A stretch of 64,000 bases of DNA from Candidatus Omnitrophota bacterium (GTDB taxonomy: Bacteria; Omnitrophota; Gorgyraeia; Gygaellales; Profunditerraquicolaceae). The stretch spans positions 4,068 to 68,067 of the forward strand of contig JAZDMX010000017.1 of NCBI GenBank assembly GCA_043800555.1, written 5' to 3'. Shown in pieces: positions 52,866 through 62,301 of the stretch (positions are counted from its first letter, which is position 1; each line of letters starts with the position of its first letter). The translations under genes were made by a program, and so were the position numbers. The notes beneath the pieces were generated by a model that was not told the origin of the DNA, did not search any database, and saw only the letters and a list, made by a program, of their open reading frames with translations.

Positions 52866-53336
52866 TTATCTTGCGCTGGAAGCTTGCGGCTGTGTAAGAT
52901 ATTTACTTAACGCGTTCCAAGTCTTAGGGCCCACCTTTCCATCGGCCGTCAAAGAATTGGCTTTCTGGAATTCCGTTATCGCCTTTTTTGTTTTTGCCCC
53001 GATTTTTCCGTCAACTACTCCGGTATAAAAACCCGCGCTCTTAAGCGCTGCCTGGATCTCTGCGGCTGCCGGCTTATATGGCCCGGACGGAGGAAGCGGC
53101 TCTAGTTTTACCGCTTTGCTGACAACAGGAATACCCACATCCACCTTAGCCTCGGGGGCTTTAGTTTCTGCTTTAGCTTCCGGAGAGAGCGGAGCCGGGG
53201 CAGCCATAGACATGGTGCTTAAGGTCTCCATAGACATCGGCTGCTGCATCTCTTCCAATGTTTGCTGTTTTTTCCCGCACCCAACAAGATATGCCCCAAC
53301 CGCAAATACTAAAACAATAAATACATATTTCTTCAT
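52866..53336 (-). CDS. Lipoprotein with a C-terminal peptidoglycan-binding domain (PG_binding_1).
   Basis: LVGCGKK lipobox. IQAALKSAGFYTGVVDGKIGAKTKKAITEFQKANSLTADGKVGPKTW. Confidence 0.6.
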   Translation of the reverse strand: MKKYVFIVLVFAVGAYLVGCGKKQQTLEEMQQPMSMETLSTMSMAAPAPLSPEAKAETKAPEAKVDVGIPVVSKAVKLEPLPPSGPYKPAAAEIQAALKSAGFYTGVVDGKIGAKTKKAITEFQKANSLTADGKVGPKTWNALSKYLTQPQASSAR

Positions 53337-53405
53337 TTGTTCACCTCCTTCATGGTTTGTCTAATTTTATCAAATTATCCCAAAAATGCAAATGAAATAC
53401 GTTTA

Positions 53406-54650
53406 CTAGATTTCCCTTATCCCGGGGTATAGAATATTAACCGTAACGAAGAAAGCAGCGCAGATTACTCCGCCGCAGGTAACCGCAAAAGACACACCCA
53501 ATCCCTGCGCAAGGCTTCCGGCAATCAAGTTGCCGAAAGGCATAAAACCCGCGAAAGTAACCATAAATACGCTCATTACCCTGCCCCTGAATTTATCTTC
53601 TACTTTTATCTGTAAAAGCGTATTCACTAAAGCGATGGAAGTTACGCTCGCGCCTCCCACGAAAAATATGGCCGCAAGCGACAACCAATAGGTTTTAGAT
53701 AAACCAAAAATAATCAGGGAAATAGAAAATAACAGGGTTGAAAAAGATAAAAACCTTCCCTTTTTCCTGAAATCTCCGAGCCGCGCCAGAATTAAGGCCC
53801 CGAGTAAAGCCCCTAGGCCCGAAACAGACATTAAAACCCCTAACCCCTTGACTCCTACCTTTAAAATATCATTAGCGAGTATAGGCATCAGTATAATGTG
53901 GGCGACGCCAAAAAGGCTGACTACCGCCACAAAAGACATTAAAGCCAGTATCAGGCGGTGGCTCTTAATAAAGATAAGGCCTTCTTTTAAATCTTCTAAA
54001 GCGCCTTTGGGCCTAGCGTAGTTCTCTCCCCGGTTGACCTTGATAGCCAGGAGCGCGACAATTACCGCCAAAAAACTTACGGCGTTGATATAGAAACAAC
54101 CGCTCATCCCTATTGTCGCAACCAAAATAGCGGCAAACGCAGGCCCGATTATACGCGAAGAATTAAAAGCCACGGAATTTAAGGCGATGGCGTTAAATAA
54201 ATGGGTTTTGCCGACTAACTCCACTATTACCGACTGGCGGGCAGGCGCGTCAAATGCCATAACTACGCCGTTAAGCAAGGCAATAAACATGACCTGGGCA
54301 GGAGTAATGAGTTTTATCTGGGTAAGAAAGCCCAACGCAAACGCCAATAACATAAAAATACTTTGCGTCAGGATAAGGATATTCCTTTTATTCAAACGGT
54401 CGGCTAAAACCCCTCCGAACAACGAAAGTAAGAATATGGGTATGGAACTCAAAAACCCGACCACGCCTAGAAGGAAGGCCGAATTAGTAAGCTGAAAGAC
54501 CAGCCAACTCTGGGCTACCTGTTGAATCCAGGTGCCGATAAGCGAGACAAACGCGCCAAACCAATAAATACGGAAGTTTCTGACTTTTAACGATGAGAAC
54601 ATTTTAACAAAGGGGCGGTCCTGCCCGTATAAGCGTAAGCATAAAACCAT
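53406..54650 (-). CDS. MFS transporter.
   Basis: Twelve TM segments with an MFS pattern. Confidence 0.75.
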   Translation of the reverse strand: MVLCLRLYGQDRPFVKMFSSLKVRNFRIYWFGAFVSLIGTWIQQVAQSWLVFQLTNSAFLLGVVGFLSSIPIFLLSLFGGVLADRLNKRNILILTQSIFMLLAFALGFLTQIKLITPAQVMFIALLNGVVMAFDAPARQSVIVELVGKTHLFNAIALNSVAFNSSRIIGPAFAAILVATIGMSGCFYINAVSFLAVIVALLAIKVNRGENYARPKGALEDLKEGLIFIKSHRLILALMSFVAVVSLFGVAHIILMPILANDILKVGVKGLGVLMSVSGLGALLGALILARLGDFRKKGRFLSFSTLLFSISLIIFGLSKTYWLSLAAIFFVGGASVTSIALVNTLLQIKVEDKFRGRVMSVFMVTFAGFMPFGNLIAGSLAQGLGVSFAVTCGGVICAAFFVTVNILYPGIREI

Positions 54651-54660
54651 CCCTGTTATA

Positions 54661-55275
54661 TTATGATCTTAAAACTGCCTCGCGCCGGCAACTCGGGCAA
54701 AGGACCTTTAAGCGCGTAGAACGATTAATTTCCGCAGGCTTATTACCGGGATTAACTTTCTCCTTCAAGGCGAGGCCAACGTTCCTTAAATAAAATAATA
54801 ATAACGACGCGTTGGTAAAGGAGAGCAGCCCTAATCTTTTAGCTACCCACGCATACTGGTCCCGGGGCACAATCGGATCGCCGCAACACTCGCAGATAAC
54901 GAATTCTTTTTCTATCGCCTGTTTTAAGTCCTCTCTTCTTCCCGTAGTGGCAAAATCAAACTCCTGCGAAAGCATAATACCCTTAGAGGTCAGGCAATTC
55001 GCCTGGCACTGCCCGCAAAATATGCAAATGTCCCAATGCACGGTTAATTTCCTTTTAGCAATGCCCCCCTTTATTTCATCCACCACTTCTATTGCTTTAG
55101 CCGGGCATACCTGAGCGCAAGCACCGCAACCCGTGCAATCCTCTTCATGAAAATAAGGCCTCCCGCGAAACCGCTCAAAAGGCTTATGCGGCTTACGCGG
55201 AAAATCGTTTGTATAAGCGGGGCTAAACAATGACCTGAACGCTTCTTTTAATTCTCTTAGCTTTGGCCTGCGCAT
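54661..55275 (-). CDS. Ech hydrogenase subunit F / NuoI-like 2x[4Fe-4S] ferredoxin subunit.
   Basis: CTGCGACAQVCP and CIFCGQCQANC. Confidence 0.7.
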   Translation of the reverse strand: MRRPKLRELKEAFRSLFSPAYTNDFPRKPHKPFERFRGRPYFHEEDCTGCGACAQVCPAKAIEVVDEIKGGIAKRKLTVHWDICIFCGQCQANCLTSKGIMLSQEFDFATTGRREDLKQAIEKEFVICECCGDPIVPRDQYAWVAKRLGLLSFTNASLLLFYLRNVGLALKEKVNPGNKPAEINRSTRLKVLCPSCRREAVLRS

Positions 55276-55277
55276 TT

Positions 55278-57041
55278 TTATTTATTTCTCCCAAAAATCC
55301 ATCTTAAACTAAAAATAAAAATTAATCCTTCCGGTATTTTATTCAATATATTATAAATATCAAACTTTTCGTTCTTTAAAAACCGGTAAAAAATAGCCAA
55401 TAAGGGAAGATTTTCTATTGTTTTATAAAACTCTGTAGCCGGAAAATCAGGCGCGTCATAACCCAGCTCTCCGCCGGAGAAATAGGTGTCTTTCCTTACC
55501 TTTCTTTTCAAGCCTGTCGCCATCCACAGAACAAAACCCAAGGACAGGGCAATACCCAAAAACAGTAAAACAGATATACTGTTCCATGTGCCGGCGTAAT
55601 TTAAAACAAAGGAAAAATCCGGAGCCAGAAAGCCTTTAATAAAGGAATCGGAAAATACCCCAAGCAAAACGCAGAGCCCGGACAAAACCAGTAAAGGCGT
55701 AAGCATCTTCCAAGAAACCCCGGCAGGTTCTTTCTTGCGAGCATTATTCTCCTGCCCTAAAAAGATGGCGTGAATAAACTTAATAAAACTTGCTAAGGTA
55801 AGAGCGCTGCCAAACATTGCTGAAATCAAAGCAAAGGCGTAAATAAAACGCAAAAGAGCCCCGGAAGACGCGGTCAACCCTAAAAACGCGCCCTGATAAA
55901 TCATCCATTTAGAACTAAAACCGTTAAAAGGAGGGACTCCGGAAATAGACAAGCTCAAAATCAAAGCGCTGATAAAGGTAAGCGGCATATAGCGGGCCAA
56001 ACCTCCTAATTTATCAAGATCAAATGTCCCCTTTTTCTTTTCTACCACGCCGCCCACAAGAAATAATCCGTTTTTATATATCGCGTTATTGAACATGTGG
56101 AATATTGCTCCGATTATCCCTATAGGATTTCCGGTGCCTAATCCTAACACCATATATCCTGCCTGGCTTACGGCATGATAAGAAAGAAGCTTTCTCAAGT
56201 CATGCTGGATAAGCGCCATTAAAACCGCAAAAATTATTGTAAGGCTGCCGATAATCAATAAAATACCGATCACAAAATCATTCAAAACAAAAAAATCAAG
56301 GCAAAGGCGCGATAATATATACACGCCGAGTAATTTATCAAAAGACGCCGGCAATATCGCCATAACCGGGATAGGGGCGCTCTCTGCGGCAGTCGGTATC
56401 CAGGTATGAAAAGGGCCCGAACCTACTTTTGCCAAAGCCCCGATGAGCATAAGGCAAAAGGCAAGCCAGGAAACCGGCCGGGCTAAAACCATGCTCCCGG
56501 AGCCAAACATAGCCATTGAACCGCTAACCTTAAAATAGATAACGGATCCGGCGATAAAACAAACCCACGAAAAACCCAGTATGGTCGCGGCTTTTTTCGC
56601 GCTAAGCTTAGAACCCAAATTAAGCAAGGCATAAAGGGTAAGGATCGAACCGGCCCAGGCTGTTGAGAATACAAGAAAATCCGCCGCTAAGATTTCCAGA
56701 TTGGTAAAAGCCATCAATAACAAAAGCCAGGAAAAATACCCGCGCTTATCCTGCATATAATCCTTGGAATAAAGGCAGATTAAAACGCCGAAAAGATTGG
56801 CGAAAATAAGAATAAGCCGGCTAAGCTTATCCAACCCAAGGGTTAAGGTATAGCTGTTAAACAAATAACTATGCCAGGAAGCTTGCGGCTTCAGAAAAAG
56901 GAATACGGAAAACGCGAAAATCAAGAAAAACACGCCTAAGCTTAAGTTTTTCCTTAAATTACCGTAATTCCCCGGTAAAAATAAGATTAGCCCGGCGGCA
57001 AAAGGAAGGGCAAATATGAAAAACAGGCTTACATCCATCAT
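55278..57041 (-). CDS. Ech hydrogenase subunit A / NuoL-like antiporter-type membrane subunit.
   Basis: A 587-aa polytopic protein with the NuoL/HyfB/EchA pattern. Confidence 0.7.
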   Translation of the reverse strand: MMDVSLFFIFALPFAAGLILFLPGNYGNLRKNLSLGVFFLIFAFSVFLFLKPQASWHSYLFNSYTLTLGLDKLSRLILIFANLFGVLICLYSKDYMQDKRGYFSWLLLLMAFTNLEILAADFLVFSTAWAGSILTLYALLNLGSKLSAKKAATILGFSWVCFIAGSVIYFKVSGSMAMFGSGSMVLARPVSWLAFCLMLIGALAKVGSGPFHTWIPTAAESAPIPVMAILPASFDKLLGVYILSRLCLDFFVLNDFVIGILLIIGSLTIIFAVLMALIQHDLRKLLSYHAVSQAGYMVLGLGTGNPIGIIGAIFHMFNNAIYKNGLFLVGGVVEKKKGTFDLDKLGGLARYMPLTFISALILSLSISGVPPFNGFSSKWMIYQGAFLGLTASSGALLRFIYAFALISAMFGSALTLASFIKFIHAIFLGQENNARKKEPAGVSWKMLTPLLVLSGLCVLLGVFSDSFIKGFLAPDFSFVLNYAGTWNSISVLLFLGIALSLGFVLWMATGLKRKVRKDTYFSGGELGYDAPDFPATEFYKTIENLPLLAIFYRFLKNEKFDIYNILNKIPEGLIFIFSLRWIFGRNK

Positions 57042-57655
57042 TTTATCTGAAGAAGGCTCTTAGCAATTTTCTTAATATGGTAATAGACCGCGGCCGTAAA
57101 ATCCAGCATATTCAAAAACATGTTGCATCCCAAAGGGGTGCATTCGCCGGCAAACATCCTTTGATTGTGATTATGGCGGTACTGATCAACGAGGCTATCG
57201 ATATGTTCTTCTTTCCTTAATACTTCTTTAATCAAAGACGGATTATCTTTCTCCAGAACAAAAACCACCTCTTCCAGCGCCCCTTTTGTTTTATTATAAA
57301 GGTCCTTATATTCCTCCACCGCCTCTTCGCTAAAAAGGAGCTTCTCTTCTATTTTTATCTGGATCCTTTCTAAGATATCCTTGCAGTAGTCCCCGATTAG
57401 TTCGAAATCCCCGGCGATATTGGCATAAACCATAACCTCGGATTTCTCCTTAGGAGTAAAATCAACGCCCGCCTTGCCGATGATTTCCTTATTAATCTCC
57501 TCCTCCAGGGCATTTAATTTGTTCTCCTCTTCAAGCGCCTTGGTGATCAGGTTCACGTCGTGCTCGATAAAAGCGCTGTAAGTAAGCTGCCACATAGTTG
57601 AAGCGCATATACTCATACGGTTGATTTTTTCCTTAATGCTATCCAGCTCTACCAT
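57038..57655 (-). CDS. PhoU-domain-like helical protein embedded in the hydrogenase operon.
   Basis: Two helical repeats with acidic E/D pattern positions. Weak assignment. Confidence 0.3.
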   Translation of the reverse strand: MVELDSIKEKINRMSICASTMWQLTYSAFIEHDVNLITKALEEENKLNALEEEINKEIIGKAGVDFTPKEKSEVMVYANIAGDFELIGDYCKDILERIQIKIEEKLLFSEEAVEEYKDLYNKTKGALEEVVFVLEKDNPSLIKEVLRKEEHIDSLVDQYRHNHNQRMFAGECTPLGCNMFLNMLDFTAAVYYHIKKIAKSLLQIK

Positions 57656-57750
57656 AAGGGCCCTCCTATCAGATTAGACAAAGGCACAAATTAAAGAAAC
57701 GCTACCGGCTTTTCTTACTGCGCCTTTTGCTCCTGTCATCTAGCGGATAA

Positions 57751-58950
57751 TCAACCTCGCTTCTCTTGCCTTAACTTAAGGGTTTTTTCTTGTGAAAGCT
57801 TGATCAGGTCCCAGCCATTCATCACCTTACGGTTATCAATTTTATTGATGACTGCCACCCTCTCTGTGCAACAATAACAGGGGTCAACCGCCGCAAGCGT
57901 CAGCGTGGCGTCGGAAATCGTCCCTCCCACGGCAGAAACCTTATCAGAAGCAACATTCATAAAGCTAGGCGAGCGGATCTTATGCCTTAGGGGGCGGTTT
58001 GTCCCGTCGCTCTTTATATAGTGGAAACATTCCCCCCGGGGGGCTTCAACCCTGCCGATACCTTCTCCGGAAGGGATGTCCTTGACTTCGGCGTCAATGA
58101 ATGCGCTCTTGGGTATTTTGTTCAAAGACTGCCTGATAATACTGATGCTTTCATATAACTCCAGGATCCTAACCACTGTTTTACAAAAGATATCGCCGTC
58201 TTTCTCCAGGATAACGTTCCAATCCAGCCGGTCAATAGCCCCGTAAGGCTCATCCCTGCGGATATCAATGTTTACCCCTGAAGCGCGGGCAGTCGGGCCG
58301 ATGACACACCAGTCGATCACCTGTTGACGGCTTAATAGCCCAACGTCCTTTAGCCTTGATTTTATTACCGGGTCATCCATGATCGCGCCACGGAATAAAT
58401 CCACAGCCGGAATTAATTCATCCAGCATCTTTTTTAAAACGGGGATATCCTCATCTTTTATGTCCCGCCTTAGCCCGCCGATCTTAAACATAGCGTAGTT
58501 GTTACGGTTACCGGTAACCATTTCAAAACAATCCAAAACCGGCTCGCGGTATTTCCAAGCCCACATCCAAATAGTATTGTAACCGATAAAATGCCCAACC
58601 AGGCCCAGCCACAAAAGATGGCTATGGATCCTCTGTAGCTCATCAATTATCGTGCGGATATAAAGCGCCCTCTCCGGGACAACCGTTGCTTCTCCGCCTA
58701 AGATATTCTCCACCGCCAAGCAATAAGCGTAGGGATGGCTCGATGAACAGATCCCGCAAATACGCTCAACCAAATAAGGGATCTGGTCAAAATGCTTGGA
58801 TTCGGAAAGTTTTTCTATGCCGCGGTGGTTATAGCCGATAATAATATCTATATCCACCACTCGCTCGCCATCGACATAAAGCTGGAAATATTCCGGCTCT
58901 TCCTGTAACGGATGGTATGGCCCTATCGGGACGATGATTTTATGGCTCAT
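57751..58950 (-). CDS. Group 4 [NiFe]-hydrogenase large subunit (EchE/HycE/NuoD-like).
   Basis: GPYHPLQEEPEYFQLYVDGERVVD...IGYNHRGIEK, RICGICSSSHP (L1 motif) and a C-terminal DPCYCCTER motif followed by a ~35-aa tail. Confidence 0.85.
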   Translation of the reverse strand: MSHKIIVPIGPYHPLQEEPEYFQLYVDGERVVDIDIIIGYNHRGIEKLSESKHFDQIPYLVERICGICSSSHPYAYCLAVENILGGEATVVPERALYIRTIIDELQRIHSHLLWLGLVGHFIGYNTIWMWAWKYREPVLDCFEMVTGNRNNYAMFKIGGLRRDIKDEDIPVLKKMLDELIPAVDLFRGAIMDDPVIKSRLKDVGLLSRQQVIDWCVIGPTARASGVNIDIRRDEPYGAIDRLDWNVILEKDGDIFCKTVVRILELYESISIIRQSLNKIPKSAFIDAEVKDIPSGEGIGRVEAPRGECFHYIKSDGTNRPLRHKIRSPSFMNVASDKVSAVGGTISDATLTLAAVDPCYCCTERVAVINKIDNRKVMNGWDLIKLSQEKTLKLRQEKRG

Positions 58951-59375
58951 TTATTGTTCCTCAATGGGAATTCATTTTCCGGCCAGTCTTCGCTAAGCAA
59001 GAGCCTCTTCAAATTCGGATGCCCTTTAAAATTAATCCCCAGCATCTCCCAGATTTCCCGCTCCATCCACCCGGCCCCGGCAAACAACGGAGTTATCGAC
59101 TGGACTTCCGGATTAAGTTTATCTTCCAATAAAACGCGGACAGAAAATATTGTGCCTGCGGGATCATTGCTGAAATGATAAAGGACCTCAAAACAATCCG
59201 GCAAATCCGTGCCTGTTGCGGCAATAAACCTCAACTCCAGCTCTTTAAAACAAACCTGTGCCGCTTTGAAGATATCATCTTTATCTACCCTGAAATATAC
59301 CCTCTTGACGGACTTCTCCTGCCAATCCTTTATCTTATCCCGGAGCCTTTCTTTTATCCTATCGCGCATATCCAT
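58947..59375 (-). CDS. NuoC/EchD-like hydrogenase subunit (complex I 30-kDa family).
   Basis: Family-level similarity and its position in the operon. Confidence 0.7.
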   Translation of the reverse strand: MDMRDRIKERLRDKIKDWQEKSVKRVYFRVDKDDIFKAAQVCFKELELRFIAATGTDLPDCFEVLYHFSNDPAGTIFSVRVLLEDKLNPEVQSITPLFAGAGWMEREIWEMLGINFKGHPNLKRLLLSEDWPENEFPLRNNK

Positions 59376-59378
59376 GGC

Positions 59379-59804
59379 TTATTTACCCTTCTTTACTTTA
59401 TTCACCAATTTCACGATGCCATCAATGATTGCCTCGGGTTTTGGCGGGCATCCCGGAATGTATAAATCCACCGGTAATATCTTATCCAAAGGCCCAACGA
59501 CATTATAGCTATCCCTGAACATATGCTGCGAAAGCGCGCAAGTCCCGCAGGCAATCACCACGCAAGGCTTAGGCGCCTGCTCGTAGACCTTTTTCATCCT
59601 CACAACTGCCTTTCTATTCATCGCTCCGGTGATTAAAAACGCGTCGGCATGCCGGGCTGAACCGATAAGCTGTATGCCAAAACGCTCAAGGTCATGGCGG
59701 GGAGTAAAACAATCCAAGATTTCGATATCACAGTTATTGCAGGAGCCTACGCTCATATGGAATACCCAGATTGATTTAGTAAAAGCTCTCTTGATTATGT
59801 TCAT
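59379..59804 (-). CDS. NuoB/EchC-like [NiFe]-hydrogenase small subunit.
   Basis: CGTCALSQHMF ... YIPGCPPKPEAIIDGI. Confidence 0.85.
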   Translation of the reverse strand: MNIIKRAFTKSIWVFHMSVGSCNNCDIEILDCFTPRHDLERFGIQLIGSARHADAFLITGAMNRKAVVRMKKVYEQAPKPCVVIACGTCALSQHMFRDSYNVVGPLDKILPVDLYIPGCPPKPEAIIDGIVKLVNKVKKGK

Positions 59805-59903
59805 ATTTAGAATTTATGAATTAATTTGGCCGCAAATTACCAGATAGAACCGCTATCCGGGAGCCTCTAAATTTACAGTTCTCTTTGATCCTGCTGTTTC
59901 TCC

Positions 59904-60815
59904 TTATTTCCCCAATAATGCTAATATAAGCGCTATTACCCCTATTATCGTCGGCACTCTCCAGAAAAACCTCAAAACCTGGTCGATGCGTAAACGCGGG
60001 TTGGTGTTCTTGATTAATATGATTATAATTAACAGCATTAAATATTTGGCAACCAAGAATACCGGGCTTAGGTCTTTGCCCAAAAACAAAATTATGACAA
60101 AAAGCAAAACAGCATAAAGCATCACCGCTTTAGTCAGCTTAAATACCGCTAGCGGCAGCCCGGAGTATTCGATTAAAGTCCCGCCCATAATCTCCTGATC
60201 GGCTTCGGCGACATCAAAAAGGCCCATTCCTAATTTAGCCTGCGCGCAGAAGACGGCAACGAGAAAAGCCAAAGCGCCTGAAAATGAAAATACATTTGAA
60301 CCGGAGATCGCTTGCTGTTGAATGATTTGGCCAATTTGCAACGCGCCCTTGCTTTTAATCACCACAGTAATTATGGATAAAATTAAAGGCAACTCATAGG
60401 CTAAAAGCAATTTAATCTCTCTGGATACTCCCACGGAAGCAAGGGGGTTTCTCGAAGAAGAACCGCCGATCATCAAAGCTATTGCCGGTATTGCTAAAAG
60501 GTAGAAGATCACGATTAAATCCCCGCAAAAGCTTTCTAATGGCAGGATTATATTCCTGCCTAAATTTGCGCTTACCAATACGGCGCTGATTAACCCCAGA
60601 TACGGAGAAAATAAAAACGTGAACCTGGCTCCTTCGGGGACAATTACCTCTTTGCCTAATAATTTTATGATATCGGTAAAATTCTGGTGCCAGGGAGGCC
60701 CGTGCCTCCATTGCAAGCGCGCAGTAAGCTTTCTTTCCACCCAACCGGATAAAAGACCGATTGAGGCGCTAAATAAAAAACCCGGGAATATTAAATAGTT
60801 AAATAGTACGCTCAT
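59904..60815 (-). CDS. NuoH/EchB-like membrane subunit.
   Basis: Eight TM segments with the NuoH/HycD pattern. Confidence 0.75.
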   Translation of the reverse strand: MSVLFNYLIFPGFLFSASIGLLSGWVERKLTARLQWRHGPPWHQNFTDIIKLLGKEVIVPEGARFTFLFSPYLGLISAVLVSANLGRNIILPLESFCGDLIVIFYLLAIPAIALMIGGSSSRNPLASVGVSREIKLLLAYELPLILSIITVVIKSKGALQIGQIIQQQAISGSNVFSFSGALAFLVAVFCAQAKLGMGLFDVAEADQEIMGGTLIEYSGLPLAVFKLTKAVMLYAVLLFVIILFLGKDLSPVFLVAKYLMLLIIIILIKNTNPRLRIDQVLRFFWRVPTIIGVIALILALLGK

Positions 60816-60938
60816 TTAATTAAATTTTATCGGGTTCCGGACTCCAGATAAATCCCGCCATCCAATGTTTGAATAACCCGACGCCTTGTGGCCGGTAAAT
60901 TGATCGCCGGTTATGGAATTTGGTGCTTGGCTGTTCAT

Positions 60939-61433
60939 TTATTTCTTCCTTGGAGGCTGCACGTCTTCTCTGGACCATTTGCGCGAATGCACCGCCAAAT
61001 GCTCTCCTACAAAATAGATATCCTGTTCAAGGCTCTCTTGCGCATCCCTGATTTCTATGGCTTTCTCCGGGCAGCTAGATACGCATTTAGGGGGCCTTGC
61101 GCTTTTACCTACGCAATAATCGCACTTGGAATCCAGGTATGGTATAAAATCCTGGAAAATAATCCCGAAGGGGCAGGCCACAGAACAAGACTTACAACTT
61201 GTGCAACGCATCTTATAACGCTTGATATGCCCGTCGCTGGCCCGCTCCAGCGCATTATGGTAACAAGAATTTACGCAAGGCGCTTCTTCGCAATGCCGGC
61301 AGATAGTGGCAAAGGTGGCATATTCGCGCAAAGAGACAATCCCGTTATTCTGCGGGTGATAGAAATAACCGCAGGCGACCTTGCATTCTTTGCACTTATC
61401 GCAAATATCCAAATCTATAAATAATCTTTTCAT
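60939..61433 (-). CDS. HycB/HydN-like poly-[4Fe-4S] ferredoxin electron-transfer subunit.
   Basis: Four Cys-cluster motifs: CDKCKECKVAC, CRHCEEAPCVNSC, CTSCKSCSVACP and CDYC...CVSSCP. Confidence 0.7.
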   Translation of the reverse strand: MKRLFIDLDICDKCKECKVACGYFYHPQNNGIVSLREYATFATICRHCEEAPCVNSCYHNALERASDGHIKRYKMRCTSCKSCSVACPFGIIFQDFIPYLDSKCDYCVGKSARPPKCVSSCPEKAIEIRDAQESLEQDIYFVGEHLAVHSRKWSREDVQPPRKK

Positions 61434-61482
61434 CTACGCCTTTGCCCGCAGGCCATAACAATAGAGCCCGGGGTGGGCTCTC

Positions 61483-62301
61483 TTAGTCCCATATATCGTG
61501 TATATCCTTTAACTGTCCGTAGGCAAAAACCGGGCCGTCTTTACAAGCGTAGTATTTGCCGATACGGCAATGCCCGCATTTACCCAAACCGCAGGACATG
61601 CTTTTCTCCATAGATAAATATATATCCTCCGGCTTAATCCCTAAATCCAGCAACTTTAATGTAACGAATTTCATCATAATCGGAGGGCCGCACACTATTC
61701 CCAAAGTATTCGCAAAATCTACGGGGGCGTTACCTAATATCGTAGTGACTAACCCCACGTTTCCCTGCCATTGAGGGTCTCCTACATCAACGCTGGCCAG
61801 AACATCCACTTTATCTTTTTTAGACCATTCGGGTATAAGGCTCTTATAAACAATGTCTTTTGACGAACGAGAACCGTAACGCAAAACTACTTTATTGTAT
61901 TTGTCGATTGTGGCAAAAAGGCTAAATAGGAGCGAACGTAAAGGCGCCAGCCCTACTCCTCCGCCTACAATTAGAATATCTTTTCCTTTAAATTTGTCCA
62001 AAGGGTAGCCCTTGCCGTAGGGGCCGCGGATACCCACCACATCTCCCTGGCGCATAGAATGTAATTTCGAGGTAACCTCGCCGGCATTCATAATAGTAAG
62101 CTCCAGTTCCCCGTTAATTCCGGGATCCGAGGAAGGGGTAAAAGGCGCTTCTCCTGCCCCGGGAACAGTTAATTCGATGAATTGGCCGGTTGAAAATGTA
62201 AAAACTCCTTCGGGCTTAAGCCTGAAGGTTTTTATCGTAGGCGTTTCCTCGATGACCTCTTCGATAACGGCCTTAAGCGGCTGGTATATGTTTTTCTTCA
62301 T
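61483..62301 (-). CDS. AsrB/HydG/PyrK-like FAD/NAD(P)-binding oxidoreductase subunit with a C-terminal [2Fe-2S] cluster.
   Basis: FAD-binding region, ILIVGGGVGLAPL NAD(P)-binding region, and CGLGKCGHCRIGKYYAC. Confidence 0.75.
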   Translation of the reverse strand: MKKNIYQPLKAVIEEVIEETPTIKTFRLKPEGVFTFSTGQFIELTVPGAGEAPFTPSSDPGINGELELTIMNAGEVTSKLHSMRQGDVVGIRGPYGKGYPLDKFKGKDILIVGGGVGLAPLRSLLFSLFATIDKYNKVVLRYGSRSSKDIVYKSLIPEWSKKDKVDVLASVDVGDPQWQGNVGLVTTILGNAPVDFANTLGIVCGPPIMMKFVTLKLLDLGIKPEDIYLSMEKSMSCGLGKCGHCRIGKYYACKDGPVFAYGQLKDIHDIWD